Assembly: GCA_963770935.1 (NCBI GenBank)
Contig: CAVYRJ010000011.1
Coordinates: 64,001-128,000, forward strand
Length of the DNA stretch: 64,000 bases
Source of the DNA: Candidatus Bathyarchaeota archaeon
Lineage (GTDB): Archaea > Thermoproteota > Bathyarchaeia > Bathyarchaeales > Bathycorpusculaceae
Reading direction: 5' to 3'
Below the pieces are notes generated by a model that did not search any database, was not told the origin of the DNA, and saw nothing but the letters and a program-made list of their open reading frames with translations. Position 1 is the first letter of the stretch. Each line of letters begins with the position of its first letter. A program made the position numbers and the translations under genes. This document shows positions 18,441-28,361 of this stretch, one piece after another.

Positions 18441-19883
18441 TTAGTAAGACCGCGCGAAATACGCTGTTTCCTTCGCTTTCTCTGCGCAAACAATGCAGTT
18501 AGTTGTTGGTTGCTCGATTTGAAATGGCCGAATGCGGATGGTTGCGCCTGTTTCATCCTTTACTTTGGCTTCGCAGTCTGAGCTTCCGCACCAAGCTGCC
18601 TTGATGAAGCCGCCTTTTTCTTCCAGTACTTTCTTGAATTCCTCGTAGCTTTGCACTGAGGAGGTTTTTTCTTGGAGGATAGCTTTGGCTTTAGCGAGCA
18701 TGTTGTCTTGGATTTCCTGCAGGAGCTTCTCTACGGTTGCTGGGATTTCTGATTCTTTGACTGGGGTTTTTTGGCAGGTGTCACGGCGGACCATTACGAC
18801 TTGTTCTTGTTTGAGGTCTCTTGGACCGAGTTCTATGCGTATTGGGATGCCTTTGAGTTCCCACTGGTGGAATTTCCAGCCTGGAGTGTACTCGTTACGG
18901 TCATCTAAGATTACGCTGACACCTTTGGCTTTGAGTGTCTCCGCGATTTGCTTGGTTTTTGCTGCGATTGCTTCGGCTTCTTGTCCCTTGAATGGAATCG
19001 GAACAATAACAACTTGCGTTGGCGCAACTTTAGGCGGCATAATTAGGCCTTTGTCGTCGCCGTGAACCATAATCATTGCACCAATCAGTCGTGTGGTGAT
19101 GCCCCAGCTGGTCTGCCAAACATAATGGTCCTGTTTGTCTTCGCCGATGAATTTGACATCAAAGACTTTGGCGAAGTGCTGACCCAGGTTGTGGCTGGTT
19201 CCCATCTGCAGCGCTTTCCCATCTGGCATGATGGACTCGAGTGCTGTGGTGTAGAGGGCACCAGCGAATTTTTCGCTGTCACTCTTGGTGCCTACAACAA
19301 CTGGAATTGCCAAATAGTTCTCCATTATGTCCTTGTACTCGCCAAGTGCATACATGACTTCTGCCTCTGCTTCCTGACATGTGGCGTGAGCGGTATGGCC
19401 TTCCTGCCAAAGAAACTCCCTTGTACGCAAGAACAGTTTGGTGGCTTTGGTTTCCCAGCGTACGATGTTGCACCACTGGTTAATCTTGATTGGCAAATCT
19501 CGCCAGCTGCGAATCCACTTGCTAAACATGGCATACATTATGGTTTCGCTGGTAGGTCGAACAGCCAGTTTCTCCTCCAATGTTGTTTCTCCGCCCTGAG
19601 TAATCCATGCGACTTCTGGAGTGAATCCTTCAAAGTGCTCGGCTTCTTTTTTGAGAAAGCCTTCGGGAATAAACATTGGGAAATACACGTTTCGATGCCC
19701 GGTCGCCTTGATTTTTTGGTTAACTACCTCTTGGATTTTCTCCCAAACCGCGTAGGCGTCTGGGCGAATAATCATGCAGCCTTTGACGGGTGCGTAATCT
19801 GCAAGTTCAGCTTTCAAAACAACTTCAACGTACCATTCGCTGAAGTCTTCACATTTCTTTACGGTTACTCCAGTATCAGACAT
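18441..19883 (-). CDS. proS: Proline--tRNA ligase (archaeal/eukaryotic type)
   Basis: VRPTSET, FLRTREFLWQEGHT, GTSHNLGQ, C-terminal Zn domain ending FARSY. Confidence 0.97.
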   Translation of the reverse strand: MSDTGVTVKKCEDFSEWYVEVVLKAELADYAPVKGCMIIRPDAYAVWEKIQEVVNQKIKATGHRNVYFPMFIPEGFLKKEAEHFEGFTPEVAWITQGGETTLEEKLAVRPTSETIMYAMFSKWIRSWRDLPIKINQWCNIVRWETKATKLFLRTREFLWQEGHTAHATCQEAEAEVMYALGEYKDIMENYLAIPVVVGTKSDSEKFAGALYTTALESIMPDGKALQMGTSHNLGQHFAKVFDVKFIGEDKQDHYVWQTSWGITTRLIGAMIMVHGDDKGLIMPPKVAPTQVVIVPIPFKGQEAEAIAAKTKQIAETLKAKGVSVILDDRNEYTPGWKFHQWELKGIPIRIELGPRDLKQEQVVMVRRDTCQKTPVKESEIPATVEKLLQEIQDNMLAKAKAILQEKTSSVQSYEEFKKVLEEKGGFIKAAWCGSSDCEAKVKDETGATIRIRPFQIEQPTTNCIVCAEKAKETAYFARSY

Positions 19884-19952
19884 GAGGATTCTCTTCTTGC
19901 AGATTTATGCTTGTGACTGCCTATAAAACCGTAACGGGAAAAAAAGAAAAAT

Positions 19953-20108
19953 CTATTTTTTAAAGAGTCCCTTTTTTTCAGGGTAGTCTTTGCATTCGTA
20001 GATGCGTAGTTGTCTTTGTGGTTCGATGCGGCAGCGTTTGCGTGCGTTTTTGCGTCTTAAAAGTGGTGCAAGTTGAAAGAAGGGGCATTTGGAACAGAGT
20101 GTGCTCAT
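19953..20108 (-). CDS. 51-aa basic 4-Cys microprotein
   Basis: MSTLCSKCPFFQLAPLLRRKNARKRCRIEPQRQLRIYECKDYPEKKGLFKK; starts 10 nt after the ABC permease stop. Confidence 0.5.
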   Translation of the reverse strand: MSTLCSKCPFFQLAPLLRRKNARKRCRIEPQRQLRIYECKDYPEKKGLFKK

Positions 20109-20118
20109 TTTCTCAATC

Positions 20119-21300
20119 CTACCTTGTCATCATTCTGCGGAACACTGGCAATGCAATTGCAATCATGACTATGCCGAACACAATTAGAATAATGAGCTCT
20201 GTAGATATCTGCGGTATGCCTGCGCCTAGCACCATGACTTTTCGTAGAGCATCTGAAGCGTAGGTTAGTGGTAAGGCTTTGCTTATGGTTTGCATGTACC
20301 ATGGCATCTGCTGAATCGGGAAGAATACACCGCTAAGGAACATCATTGGGAACATCAGTGTCATCATGAGCATTTGCGCTGTTTCCTGGTCTTTGGTGAA
20401 CGACGTTATGACTATGCCTAAGCCAACGAAACTAAAGACGCCCAAAAGTAGCAACGCGAACACCAGCAGGATGCTTCCCTGGATAGCGACTCCGAATATG
20501 CCGATAGCTAACCCCAAGATTATGACACCCTGGATTAAGCCTCTGGCAGTCTGCGCTAAAGTTTTTCCCAGCAGAATCGAGAGTCTGTTTATTGGTGCAA
20601 CCATCATTCCATCCATCGTGCCGATTTCTTTTTCCTGTGAAATAGCAACTGGGAGACCCGTCATGACACTCATCATTACAGTCATTGCCATTATGCCTGG
20701 TGCGATGAAGTCAAAGTAGCTTGGATCACCTGAGACGACACCTTGGGTTTGTACGTTGAAGGGTTTAATGACCGCTATGTTTGTTGTGTTAAGGTTTTGC
20801 TGTGCCAGGGTGGTTCCCATTACATCAAACACGCCTCTTAAGGCACTTTGAATGGTGATTGATATTTGGGGATTAGAATCGTCGCTTACGATGATCAGGG
20901 TTCCCTGTTTCCCGGTCATGAGGCTTTCAGAAAAGTTGCTGGGTAATATGATGCCTCCCTGAAGTTGTCCTCTCTGCACCATATCCGTGATGTCTGATTT
21001 ATTAGACACATTGGTTAAGATAAGCAGATGGATTTGATTGTTGACCGTATTCAAACCATCGATGAAACCTTGACTTGGAGCAAACACACCGTTAAAGCCT
21101 GCGTCCTCGTTGACAAAGCCGACTTTTAAGTCAGTTAAGGTACTGTTGGATGGGTAGATGAAACCAACCATCACCATCATGAACAAGGGCATGACGATAA
21201 GAAGCACTAAACCTAGTCGGTTACGGAAGAGTTCTGTGAGGTCTTTCCACGCGATCCGGAAACTATGCTGGAGAACTGTTTTTACAGTCATATCTCTCAC
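20119..21300 (-). CDS. ABC-2 type exporter permease
   Basis: N-terminal TM, extracellular loop, EKEIGT, FLSGVFFP and PLTYASDALR. Confidence 0.93.
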   Translation of the reverse strand: MRDMTVKTVLQHSFRIAWKDLTELFRNRLGLVLLIVMPLFMMVMVGFIYPSNSTLTDLKVGFVNEDAGFNGVFAPSQGFIDGLNTVNNQIHLLILTNVSNKSDITDMVQRGQLQGGIILPSNFSESLMTGKQGTLIIVSDDSNPQISITIQSALRGVFDVMGTTLAQQNLNTTNIAVIKPFNVQTQGVVSGDPSYFDFIAPGIMAMTVMMSVMTGLPVAISQEKEIGTMDGMMVAPINRLSILLGKTLAQTARGLIQGVIILGLAIGIFGVAIQGSILLVFALLLLGVFSFVGLGIVITSFTKDQETAQMLMMTLMFPMMFLSGVFFPIQQMPWYMQTISKALPLTYASDALRKVMVLGAGIPQISTELIILIVFGIVMIAIALPVFRRMMTR

Positions 21301-22328
21301 CTTACTCTCCTTGATTGTACGCCAAACTTTGGACCATGTTCCATTGGAATTTTCTGATCTGCGCTATCTCTGACTTCGTGACCGGTTATATGTAAGAATA
21401 CGTCTTCTAGCGAAGGTTGCAGATTCTCCATGGAAGTGATTTTTCCGTTCTTCTGCCGTACAGCATTGATTATATTGTCAAAGGCTTCTTCACCGTGAAC
21501 AATAACGTGTAGTGTTGTAGAGTTTTCTTGGGTTACTGCGTCGGCGCATTTGAGAGTTTTTACCGAAGTTATCATGTCTGGTGTTAGGTTTGCGATTTCA
21601 AGTTTAATTATCATTGTGTCTGCTCCGGAAATTATCTTTTTCAGGTTAGTTGAGGTGTCCAAAGCTATGATTTTTCCGTGGTCAACAATTGCTATGCGGT
21701 CGCAGAGCAAGTCAGCGTCAACCATCATGTGCGTAGTTATGATAACAGTTGTTCCCTGTTCCTGGTTGAGTTTCTTTATGAAATCTCTAATTTCAACTGA
21801 TGACTGTGGATCCAAACCTAATGTAGGTTCATCAAGAAATAGAACTTGAGGCATGTTAAGCAAAGCGCGAACCACATTCATTCTCTGGCGCATGCCTGTT
21901 GAAAACGTGCCAACTTGGGCATTCTTCCATTTGGTAAGTTGAACCAGTTCAAGTAAATCATCTATTCTTTTGTTTAATGTGTCTTTTGGGATGTTAAATA
22001 GGCTGCCAAAGAACGAGAGGTTTTCTTTTGCCGTTAAACGGTTGTAGATAATCATTTTTTCGGAGACGATGCCGATTAGCTTGCGTACTTCCGTGTCATG
22101 TTTTACTGTGTCGAAACCTCCGATGATGGCTGTTCCTTTTGTTGGTCTTGAGAGGGTTGAGAGCATACGTAGAGTTGTGCTTTTGCCTGCGCCGTTTGGT
22201 CCTAGCAAGCCGAATATTTCGCCTTTCTTGACGTTAAATGAGATGTCGTCTACGGCGGTGAACTTTCCAAACATCTTTGTTAGATTCTTAACTTCGATTA
22301 TGCTGCCGTTATCCATTGGTTGAACCAC
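21297..22328 (-). CDS. ABC exporter ATP-binding subunit (DrrA-like)
   Basis: GPNGAGKST, FSTGMRQR, LFLDEPT, PSLEDVFL. Confidence 0.95.
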   Translation of the reverse strand: MVQPMDNGSIIEVKNLTKMFGKFTAVDDISFNVKKGEIFGLLGPNGAGKSTTLRMLSTLSRPTKGTAIIGGFDTVKHDTEVRKLIGIVSEKMIIYNRLTAKENLSFFGSLFNIPKDTLNKRIDDLLELVQLTKWKNAQVGTFSTGMRQRMNVVRALLNMPQVLFLDEPTLGLDPQSSVEIRDFIKKLNQEQGTTVIITTHMMVDADLLCDRIAIVDHGKIIALDTSTNLKKIISGADTMIIKLEIANLTPDMITSVKTLKCADAVTQENSTTLHVIVHGEEAFDNIINAVRQKNGKITSMENLQPSLEDVFLHITGHEVRDSADQKIPMEHGPKFGVQSRRVR

Positions 22329-22340
22329 TCTATAATATTA

Positions 22341-22364
22341 TTCACTGCAATATATAGCGGTAAA
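22341..22364. promoter_or_regulatory. Imperfect palindrome, candidate PadR operator
   Basis: TTCACTGCAATATATAGCGGTAAA matches its reverse complement at 18/24 positions; lies between the divergent ABC operon and padR. Confidence 0.45.
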
Positions 22365-22404
22365 ATATAAGTATTACCCACATACAATATAGATTTGAAA
22401 CACG

Positions 22405-22998
22405 ATGGCAACAGAAAATGAAGACAAGACAACCGCCAGCTGGATGAAAGAAGCCCAAAAAGGCATCATACGCATGGGAGTACTAATCCTCATAAACAAG
22501 AAACCTTCCCACGGCTACGAAATCATGAAAGAAATCAACAGCCGAACCAAGGGCTTTTGGCAACCCACCGCAGGCGGAGTCTACCCAATCCTACGTGACC
22601 TAGAAAAATCAGGATACATCAAAGGCCAATGGCAAACTCAAAAGAACCGACGCCTCAGAGTCTACCAAATCACAGAGTCAGGAGAACAAATCCTTAGAAA
22701 AGCAATCCTAAAACAAACAGAAATCACAAACAACATCGGCAACCTTTTCCGTGAATTCGCCCGAGACGTTCTAAACATCGAACTGGAAAATTGGTCCGTG
22801 CCTAACATGCCTTCACCTTTATCGCCTTTTCTTGAAGAAAAAATATGCGTTGAACTCAACCTCGATCAGCTAGAGCACGAACGCAAACACATTTACGAAG
22901 CAGTAAAAACTATGCAAGAGCGAATGAAACTTATCGATAAAAGAATCAAAGAAATCAAAAAGGAAGAAAAAACCGATTCTTTACCTAAACCAACTTAA
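22405..22998 (+). CDS. PadR family transcriptional regulator
   Basis: HGYEIMK, GGVYPILRDLE, YQITESG. Confidence 0.92.
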   Translation: MATENEDKTTASWMKEAQKGIIRMGVLILINKKPSHGYEIMKEINSRTKGFWQPTAGGVYPILRDLEKSGYIKGQWQTQKNRRLRVYQITESGEQILRKAILKQTEITNNIGNLFREFARDVLNIELENWSVPNMPSPLSPFLEEKICVELNLDQLEHERKHIYEAVKTMQERMKLIDKRIKEIKKEEKTDSLPKPT

Positions 22999-23223
22999 GT
23001 GAACTCCAATTGCTATTTTTAGAACAAACCGATTTGCTTTCCAGTTTCTCAGTGTGGATGCTTTGGATCCTTTTGAGGGTACAAAGGGTTAAGGAGGATC
23101 TGCCAAAGTCCCTGCTCCTCAACGACTATCGGCTTGGAAGGTAGCTTAAGAATTAAACTGCCTTGTGGTTGGTGTAAACAATTAAATCTGAGATTGACTA
23201 TCCTTAGGGAGAGTGTGAAATGC

Positions 23224-23547
23224 TTGTTCCGCGTTAGAGTCAACAAAATCGAATCAACCCGCGATTTAGACGGTAATCTAGGAAAAAGAATCGAGCTTTT
23301 AGAAGAACGTGAAATTAACCCTTATGTGGTAAGACCCCAAACAGACGAAGCCAAGATGGCACAGGACATCATGCAAGCGCTCCAAACACAAATGCCATTT
23401 TTACCCCAGCGTACGCAGATGGCGACACCCAAAATAATCCTGTTCTTAACCGAACAAGAATATGACAACTTCGGGGTAACGTTTGACGTAAACCAAGTTT
23501 ATGAGGTAGCCCTTGAAAACCAAACGATTCGTTTTAGGAAAGTTTGA
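23224..23547 (+). CDS. Arcadin-1 family protein
   Basis: FRVRVNKIE...GKRIELLEE...PKIILFLTEQEY...FDVNQVYEV resembles arcadin-1 (recognised from memory); TTG start at 23224. Confidence 0.7.
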   Translation: MFRVRVNKIESTRDLDGNLGKRIELLEEREINPYVVRPQTDEAKMAQDIMQALQTQMPFLPQRTQMATPKIILFLTEQEYDNFGVTFDVNQVYEVALENQTIRFRKV

Positions 23548-23884
23548 GAAGCTCCTTTCTCATTTCTTTCAGCGCTAAATGGTTTGGGTGAAAAGACAAA
23601 ACAAACATCATGTTTCTAAGTTTACCACTAATTTCTTCTAAACCTGACTTTTTGCCCTCATCACAATAAAGTGGAATAGGTTCATCTCCATCATTCTCTT
23701 CGTAATAGACATAAATTGGTGAAGAGGCTCTATCGAACTGTACTATCTCAAAATCTAAATTCAGACGCTCTGCAGTTTCTTTAGCAGCCGTTCTAACCGA
23801 TTGCAACCGTTTTCTGCTTGGAAGACCAGTTGACGCATAAACCATCAGTTTTCCGCCATTTCCCTTAAACAAGCTAACCACCAA
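23534..23884 (-). CDS. Hypothetical protein
   Basis: 116-aa ORF with globular composition (IYVYYE...IPLYCDEGK...MFVLSFHP). Confidence 0.7.
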   Translation of the reverse strand: MVVSLFKGNGGKLMVYASTGLPSRKRLQSVRTAAKETAERLNLDFEIVQFDRASSPIYVYYEENDGDEPIPLYCDEGKKSGLEEISGKLRNMMFVLSFHPNHLALKEMRKELLKLS

Positions 23885-24055
23885 ACCATCAATCGGTAAA
23901 AAATCCTTTTAAAGCAAGCCGACCATCGAACGTTTCGAGCAGTAGAGGGTTGAGTGAAAGTAACTTGTTATGCGTAATTGTTGCTGTGCAAACCCAACCA
24001 CAACGGCTTAAATGTCCAAGAAAAATCTCCTTTCTGATATAGAGGTGAAAATAAT

Positions 24056-24481
24056 ATGGCGATTGGCGAAAAACTTTGGGAAGGCAAAGGCAAAAGTGGA
24101 GCAGGGTTCATAAAATCAATCAATATGGAAGGAGTAACTTCGATATATACATGGACGGCTCAGATGAAAGGAGTGGGAAAAGCTAAGGGCGTAGATTGCA
24201 ACCTGAACGTGACAGGAAAGAGTATGACTCCTCCAAAAGGCATTGCAGCGTCCAACGATCAAGGAATGCTCATGACAATGACCGGTGATATGGGCATAAT
24301 AAAAGGATTTGACCTGATGAAGATGATCCCTGGCAAAAACCCCACAAGTGTGGGTTTATGGAGTTTCATGACAATGTCCGAGAAACTAAGTTGGCTAAAC
24401 GACACGATTGCACTTGTCACTTTTGAAGCGACCGACCCAATGTGGATGGAAATGAACATTACCATCTGGGAATGGAAGTAG
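24056..24481 (+). CDS. Hypothetical beta-rich protein
   Basis: GAGGTGA SD; 141 aa, Gly/Met-rich, ending WEWK. Confidence 0.75.
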   Translation: MAIGEKLWEGKGKSGAGFIKSINMEGVTSIYTWTAQMKGVGKAKGVDCNLNVTGKSMTPPKGIAASNDQGMLMTMTGDMGIIKGFDLMKMIPGKNPTSVGLWSFMTMSEKLSWLNDTIALVTFEATDPMWMEMNITIWEWK

Positions 24482-24500
24482 CTATTTAGGTCTGAATTTT

Positions 24501-24956
24501 ATGCAAGAAGAACATTGGCAGATGCCTGAATGGTGGTGCCGAGACAAAAGACCATCTAATGACAGTGTTTATTTTGAAAACATGTGTCGAATTATTTTTC
24601 AAGCAGGCTTAAACTGGCGCGTAATCGACAACAAATGGCAAACTACGAAAAAGGCTTTTGCAGATTTCAATATCAGCGACGTGGCTAACTTCACCAGCAC
24701 AGACGTTGAAAGACTCGTGAGAGACCCTGGCATCATCAGAAACAAAGGCAAAATTAAAGCAATAATACAGAACGCACAGAACTTCATAGCAATAAAAAAG
24801 CAATATGGTTCCTTCCAAAAATACTTAGACAGCTTAGACAAGTCAAACAACTATGATAATGCAATCAAAGATTTAGTCAACAAATTCAAATGGTTAGGTT
24901 CACCTTCGGCAAATCTTTTCTTATATACCGTGGGCGAAAAAATCGATCCATGGTGA
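24501..24956 (+). CDS. tag: DNA-3-methyladenine glycosylase I (Tag family)
   Basis: FQAGLNW, GIIRNKGKI, FKWLG. Confidence 0.85.
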   Translation: MQEEHWQMPEWWCRDKRPSNDSVYFENMCRIIFQAGLNWRVIDNKWQTTKKAFADFNISDVANFTSTDVERLVRDPGIIRNKGKIKAIIQNAQNFIAIKKQYGSFQKYLDSLDKSNNYDNAIKDLVNKFKWLGSPSANLFLYTVGEKIDPW

Positions 24957-25027
24957 AAACACTTTTTCCTTTTTTGTTAAAACTATATTTTTAAACATCA
25001 TCAACTTTTTTACTTCTAAGAATATCT

Positions 25028-25300
25028 ATGAAAGTTAGAGCACACGTGTTGGTTTCTGGACGGGTTCAGGGTGTTTTCTTTAGACAAAGCACTCTGGTTG
25101 AAGCGCAAAACTTAGGTGTTAACGGTTGGGTGCGAAATTTGATGGATGGGCGGGTGGAGGCGGTTTTTGAAGGTGAAGAACACGCAGTAAAAATGCTTGT
25201 TAACTATTGCCGCCAAGGTCCTCCTGCCGCAAGAGTGAATAATCTGGACGTCAGTTATGGACCTTCTAAGGGCGAATTTTCGAATTTTACTGCGCTTTAA
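25028..25300 (+). CDS. acyP: Acylphosphatase
   Basis: GRVQGVFFR, GWVRN, GPPAARV. Confidence 0.95.
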   Translation: MKVRAHVLVSGRVQGVFFRQSTLVEAQNLGVNGWVRNLMDGRVEAVFEGEEHAVKMLVNYCRQGPPAARVNNLDVSYGPSKGEFSNFTAL

Positions 25301-25305
25301 TTTCG

Positions 25306-25755
25306 TTAGATTTTTTTCTTGGGTACTCTAAAATGTGAATCCTTCCCTGCGCTGATGTATTCGCCGCCCATGCCCCGTACGGCTGAGGCTATCTTGGCAA
25401 AGTTTTCTGATCCCAAGAATTGTTTGGGCTTAATTATGATGTAGTCGCCTTTTTCTTCGAAGCTTAGTCGGGCCTCCAGTTCTTCTGGGAAGGACATTCG
25501 GATGTCATCTAGCGATCTCTCCTTTGAGGGTGTCGCTATGGATGCTGGTGTTGGAGATGATGCCTGTTTCGGCGTTGGGGTGTAGGTTTTGGCTGTAAGT
25601 TGCGAAGTGATTTGGCCAACCGCAAGTGATTTGAGCGATGCCGAAACAGAACGCAACTCATCTGAAATCTTATTCAACAAAACCATTGTCTCTTCGACTT
25701 TTTGCAATAGTTGATTTAGCTTTTCTTTGTCGCTGCTCACAAAAGTCCCTCTCAA
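25306..25755 (-). CDS. Hypothetical protein: coiled coil, Pro/Ser/Thr linker and small C-terminal domain
   Basis: N-terminal heptads, TPTPKQASSPTP linker, C-terminal FLGSENFAKIA...GGEYISAGKDSHFRVP. Confidence 0.7.
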   Translation of the reverse strand: MRGTFVSSDKEKLNQLLQKVEETMVLLNKISDELRSVSASLKSLAVGQITSQLTAKTYTPTPKQASSPTPASIATPSKERSLDDIRMSFPEELEARLSFEEKGDYIIIKPKQFLGSENFAKIASAVRGMGGEYISAGKDSHFRVPKKKI

Positions 25756-25817
25756 CTCCTAAATAACCCCGGAAGCTTATTAATTATTTGCAAACCCCTA
25801 AACAGTGGAAAACATGT

Positions 25818-26852
25818 ATGATCGAAATCGATGGAAGCCAAAAAAGCGGAAGCGGCACATTACTACGCCTATCCATAGCCATAGCCGCCATCCAAGGGCA
25901 GCAAATTCATCTAACTAACATCCGCCAAAACCGCCCCAAACCAGGGTTAAAACCCCAGCATCTTGAAGCTGTGTTGACTGCAGGGAAGCTTTGCAATGCA
26001 AAAATCAAAGGAGCCACCTTAGGATCCAGAGAACTTTGGTTTTCGCCGCAGGAAATCAAAGGTGGCAACGTCGAAGCAACAATTGAAACCGCAGGAAGCA
26101 TCCCCATGCTGTTCTCTGCAACGCTTCCAATCTGTTTGTTTGCCCAAAATCCCGTGCGTGTGCATGTTGCTAAAGGCGGAACAGACACCATTCACGCCCC
26201 GACCATAAACTACCTCAGAAACGTGCTCCTGCCAGCTTTAAAGCGAATGGGTGTTGAAGCGGAAATTTCTGTTCAAAAATACGGATATTATCCTAGGGGG
26301 ATGGGTGAAGCAACGATGACTGTTAAGCCTAACTGTTATCTTAAGCCGTTTCAGGTTGTATCTTTTGGTAAGTTGGAGGCGATTAAAGGTATCTCTGTCT
26401 GCACCTATCTTGCTGATAGACAAGTTGCTGAGAGGCAAGCGAAGGCAACAAAGGATTACCTTTCCCAAAATGGTTTCAAATCTGAAATCCAAGTTCTAAA
26501 CGACCAATCAAATCCCATCCAAAAAGGCAGCTCACTTGTTCTGTGGGCACAAACCGACAATGGCGTAATTATTGGCGCTGACGCGATTGGGGAACTGCGA
26601 AAAATGGCTGAGGCTGTCGGGAAAGAAGCCGCTCAAAAACTTGTAGCTGAACTGTCAGTTCAGCCAACGGTTGATGTTTTCTTGGCAGACATGCTTATCC
26701 CCTACATGGCGCTGACGCAAGGAAAATCGGTTTTTCTGGTGCGAACAATCTCTGAGCATATTGAATCGAATATTTGGCTGATGGAAAAAATGTTAAACGT
26801 TAAATTCATCATCGAAAAAGTAAACAATCTCTATAAGATAGAAAAAAGCTGA
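25818..26852 (+). CDS. rtcA: RNA 3'-terminal phosphate cyclase
   Basis: MIEIDGS, IRQNRPKPGLKPQHL, TAGSI, GGTD, GYYPRGMG, ADMLIPY. Confidence 0.93.
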   Translation: MIEIDGSQKSGSGTLLRLSIAIAAIQGQQIHLTNIRQNRPKPGLKPQHLEAVLTAGKLCNAKIKGATLGSRELWFSPQEIKGGNVEATIETAGSIPMLFSATLPICLFAQNPVRVHVAKGGTDTIHAPTINYLRNVLLPALKRMGVEAEISVQKYGYYPRGMGEATMTVKPNCYLKPFQVVSFGKLEAIKGISVCTYLADRQVAERQAKATKDYLSQNGFKSEIQVLNDQSNPIQKGSSLVLWAQTDNGVIIGADAIGELRKMAEAVGKEAAQKLVAELSVQPTVDVFLADMLIPYMALTQGKSVFLVRTISEHIESNIWLMEKMLNVKFIIEKVNNLYKIEKS

Positions 26853-26858
26853 ACAGCC

Positions 26859-27930
26859 ATGCCCAAACCATCAGTCTGTATCAAAGTTCCGAAATCAAAC
26901 GGCGAAAAAACAATAATGTTAATCACAAAATTTGGGTTAGCCGACAAATCGCTGGTAATCCAAAGAGAACAAGACAGCCTCTGCATTCCCCTTATTAGAG
27001 AACCCAAAGGCATAGAGCTAACGACTCTGAAAAGCCAAATTCGCAATTTCAGTATCTTAACTGCTGTTTTTAGCGAAAAGCAACTTACTACCCGAAACTC
27101 TAACCCAAGCTCTCCAAGACAAACTTCCCGCTGATTTACTTGCTAACGTACCTCAAGCCTTCGACATAATCGGTGACGTAGTTGTAATCGACATTCAACC
27201 CAAACTCAGACCTTACCAGAACATCATCGGCGAAGCAATAATGCAAACACAAAAAAACGTTAACACTGTCCTAGCCAAAGCAAGCGACATAAGCGGCGTC
27301 TTTCGTGTCCGCGACTATGACTACATCGCTGGGAAACACAAAACCCAAACCATCCACCGTGAATTCGGCTGCCAATACCACGTTGACATAGCAAAAGCAT
27401 ACTTTTCTCCGCGGCTGTCACATGAACACGAACGAGTGGCTGTGCAGGTGCAGGACGGCGGGACGGTAGCGGACTTGTTCGCGGGAGTTGGACCTTTCTC
27501 AGTGCTAATTGGCAAGCGGAATCCAACAGTGACAGTTTACGCCATCGACATAAACCCCGACGCCTTTGAACTGCTTAAGGTAAACGTGCGGGTTAACAAG
27601 GTAGAAAACCATGTCTTCCCAATACTTGCCAACGCACGAGAAATTGCCGCAACCAAACTCAAGGGCACTGCTGATCGAGTGATTATGAATTTACCTGAAA
27701 CCGCCATCGACTTTGTTGACTCTGCCTGCAACGTAATTAAGCCCGAAGGTGGAGTTGCGCATTTTTATGGGTTTGTCCGTTTACCCGACTCAATAGAAAA
27801 CCTCAAACAGCGCTTCTCTGAGTTGGTCAAGAAAAATGGGCGACAGGTCGAATCATTCATTTATTCTAAAAGTATCCGTGAGACCGCTCCTTTTGAGTCG
27901 CAGGTCGTTTTGGACGCTAAAATCGTTTAG
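26859..27930 (+). CDS. Trm5/Taw2 family tRNA G37 methyltransferase (frameshift near 27090)
   Basis: ORFs 26859-27134 and 27241-27930 are linked by AFDIIGD; YFSPRL, DLFAGVGPF, DINP, IMNLP. Confidence 0.88.
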
Positions 27931-28361
27931 GCTTCAACAGTTAAGGTTATTTTGACTTTTTGTTTGGGGTTTTTCAGTTTCTCTCTGAGTTCTCTGGAGA
28001 GGTCGTTTGATGCTTTGTCTGCGCAGATGGCTAAGGTGCGGTTACAGACGTAGCTGCTTTTTCTTACTACTATGTCGGTTGGGTGGATTAATATCAAATT
28101 AGGTGCGCCGGAGGCAAAGATTATCTCCTTTAAACCTTCTACTTCTATTGTGATTGACAGTTTGGCGTCTGGTTTTCTCAGATTCTCTTTGAATTCTGTG
28201 CCAAAATCTGCCAATGACTTGTTTGCTGCCATAGCGACGATGCAATCGCCATTTTTTGACACCTGTGTATCCTTTGTAATCATCAAGGTTGTAGGGTGAA
28301 TAGCTAAAATGTTAGGGTGACCAAACGCCCACAGAGTTTCCTTTGTTTGTTTAGGGCTCAA
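27927..28361 (-). CDS. DUF371 family protein
   Basis: GHPNILAIHPTTLMITKD, GDCI, VVRKSSY, ADKAS. Confidence 0.88.
   Translation of the reverse strand: MSPKQTKETLWAFGHPNILAIHPTTLMITKDTQVSKNGDCIVAMAANKSLADFGTEFKENLRKPDAKLSITIEVEGLKEIIFASGAPNLILIHPTDIVVRKSSYVCNRTLAICADKASNDLSRELREKLKNPKQKVKITLTVEA

Noticed and set aside
19953-20108. Ribosomal protein eL40 or another Zn-ribbon r-protein
   Set aside because: Basic and Cys-containing, but it lacks the paired CxxC...CxxC spacing and the eL40 signature.
26859-27930. Split genes (trm5, nac, bud32, AIM24, AMP phosphorylase, DUF2110) as pseudogenes or programmed frameshifts
   Set aside because: Motifs are intact on both sides, there is no shared slippery sequence, and several genes are normally essential. 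Sequencing indels are more likely.
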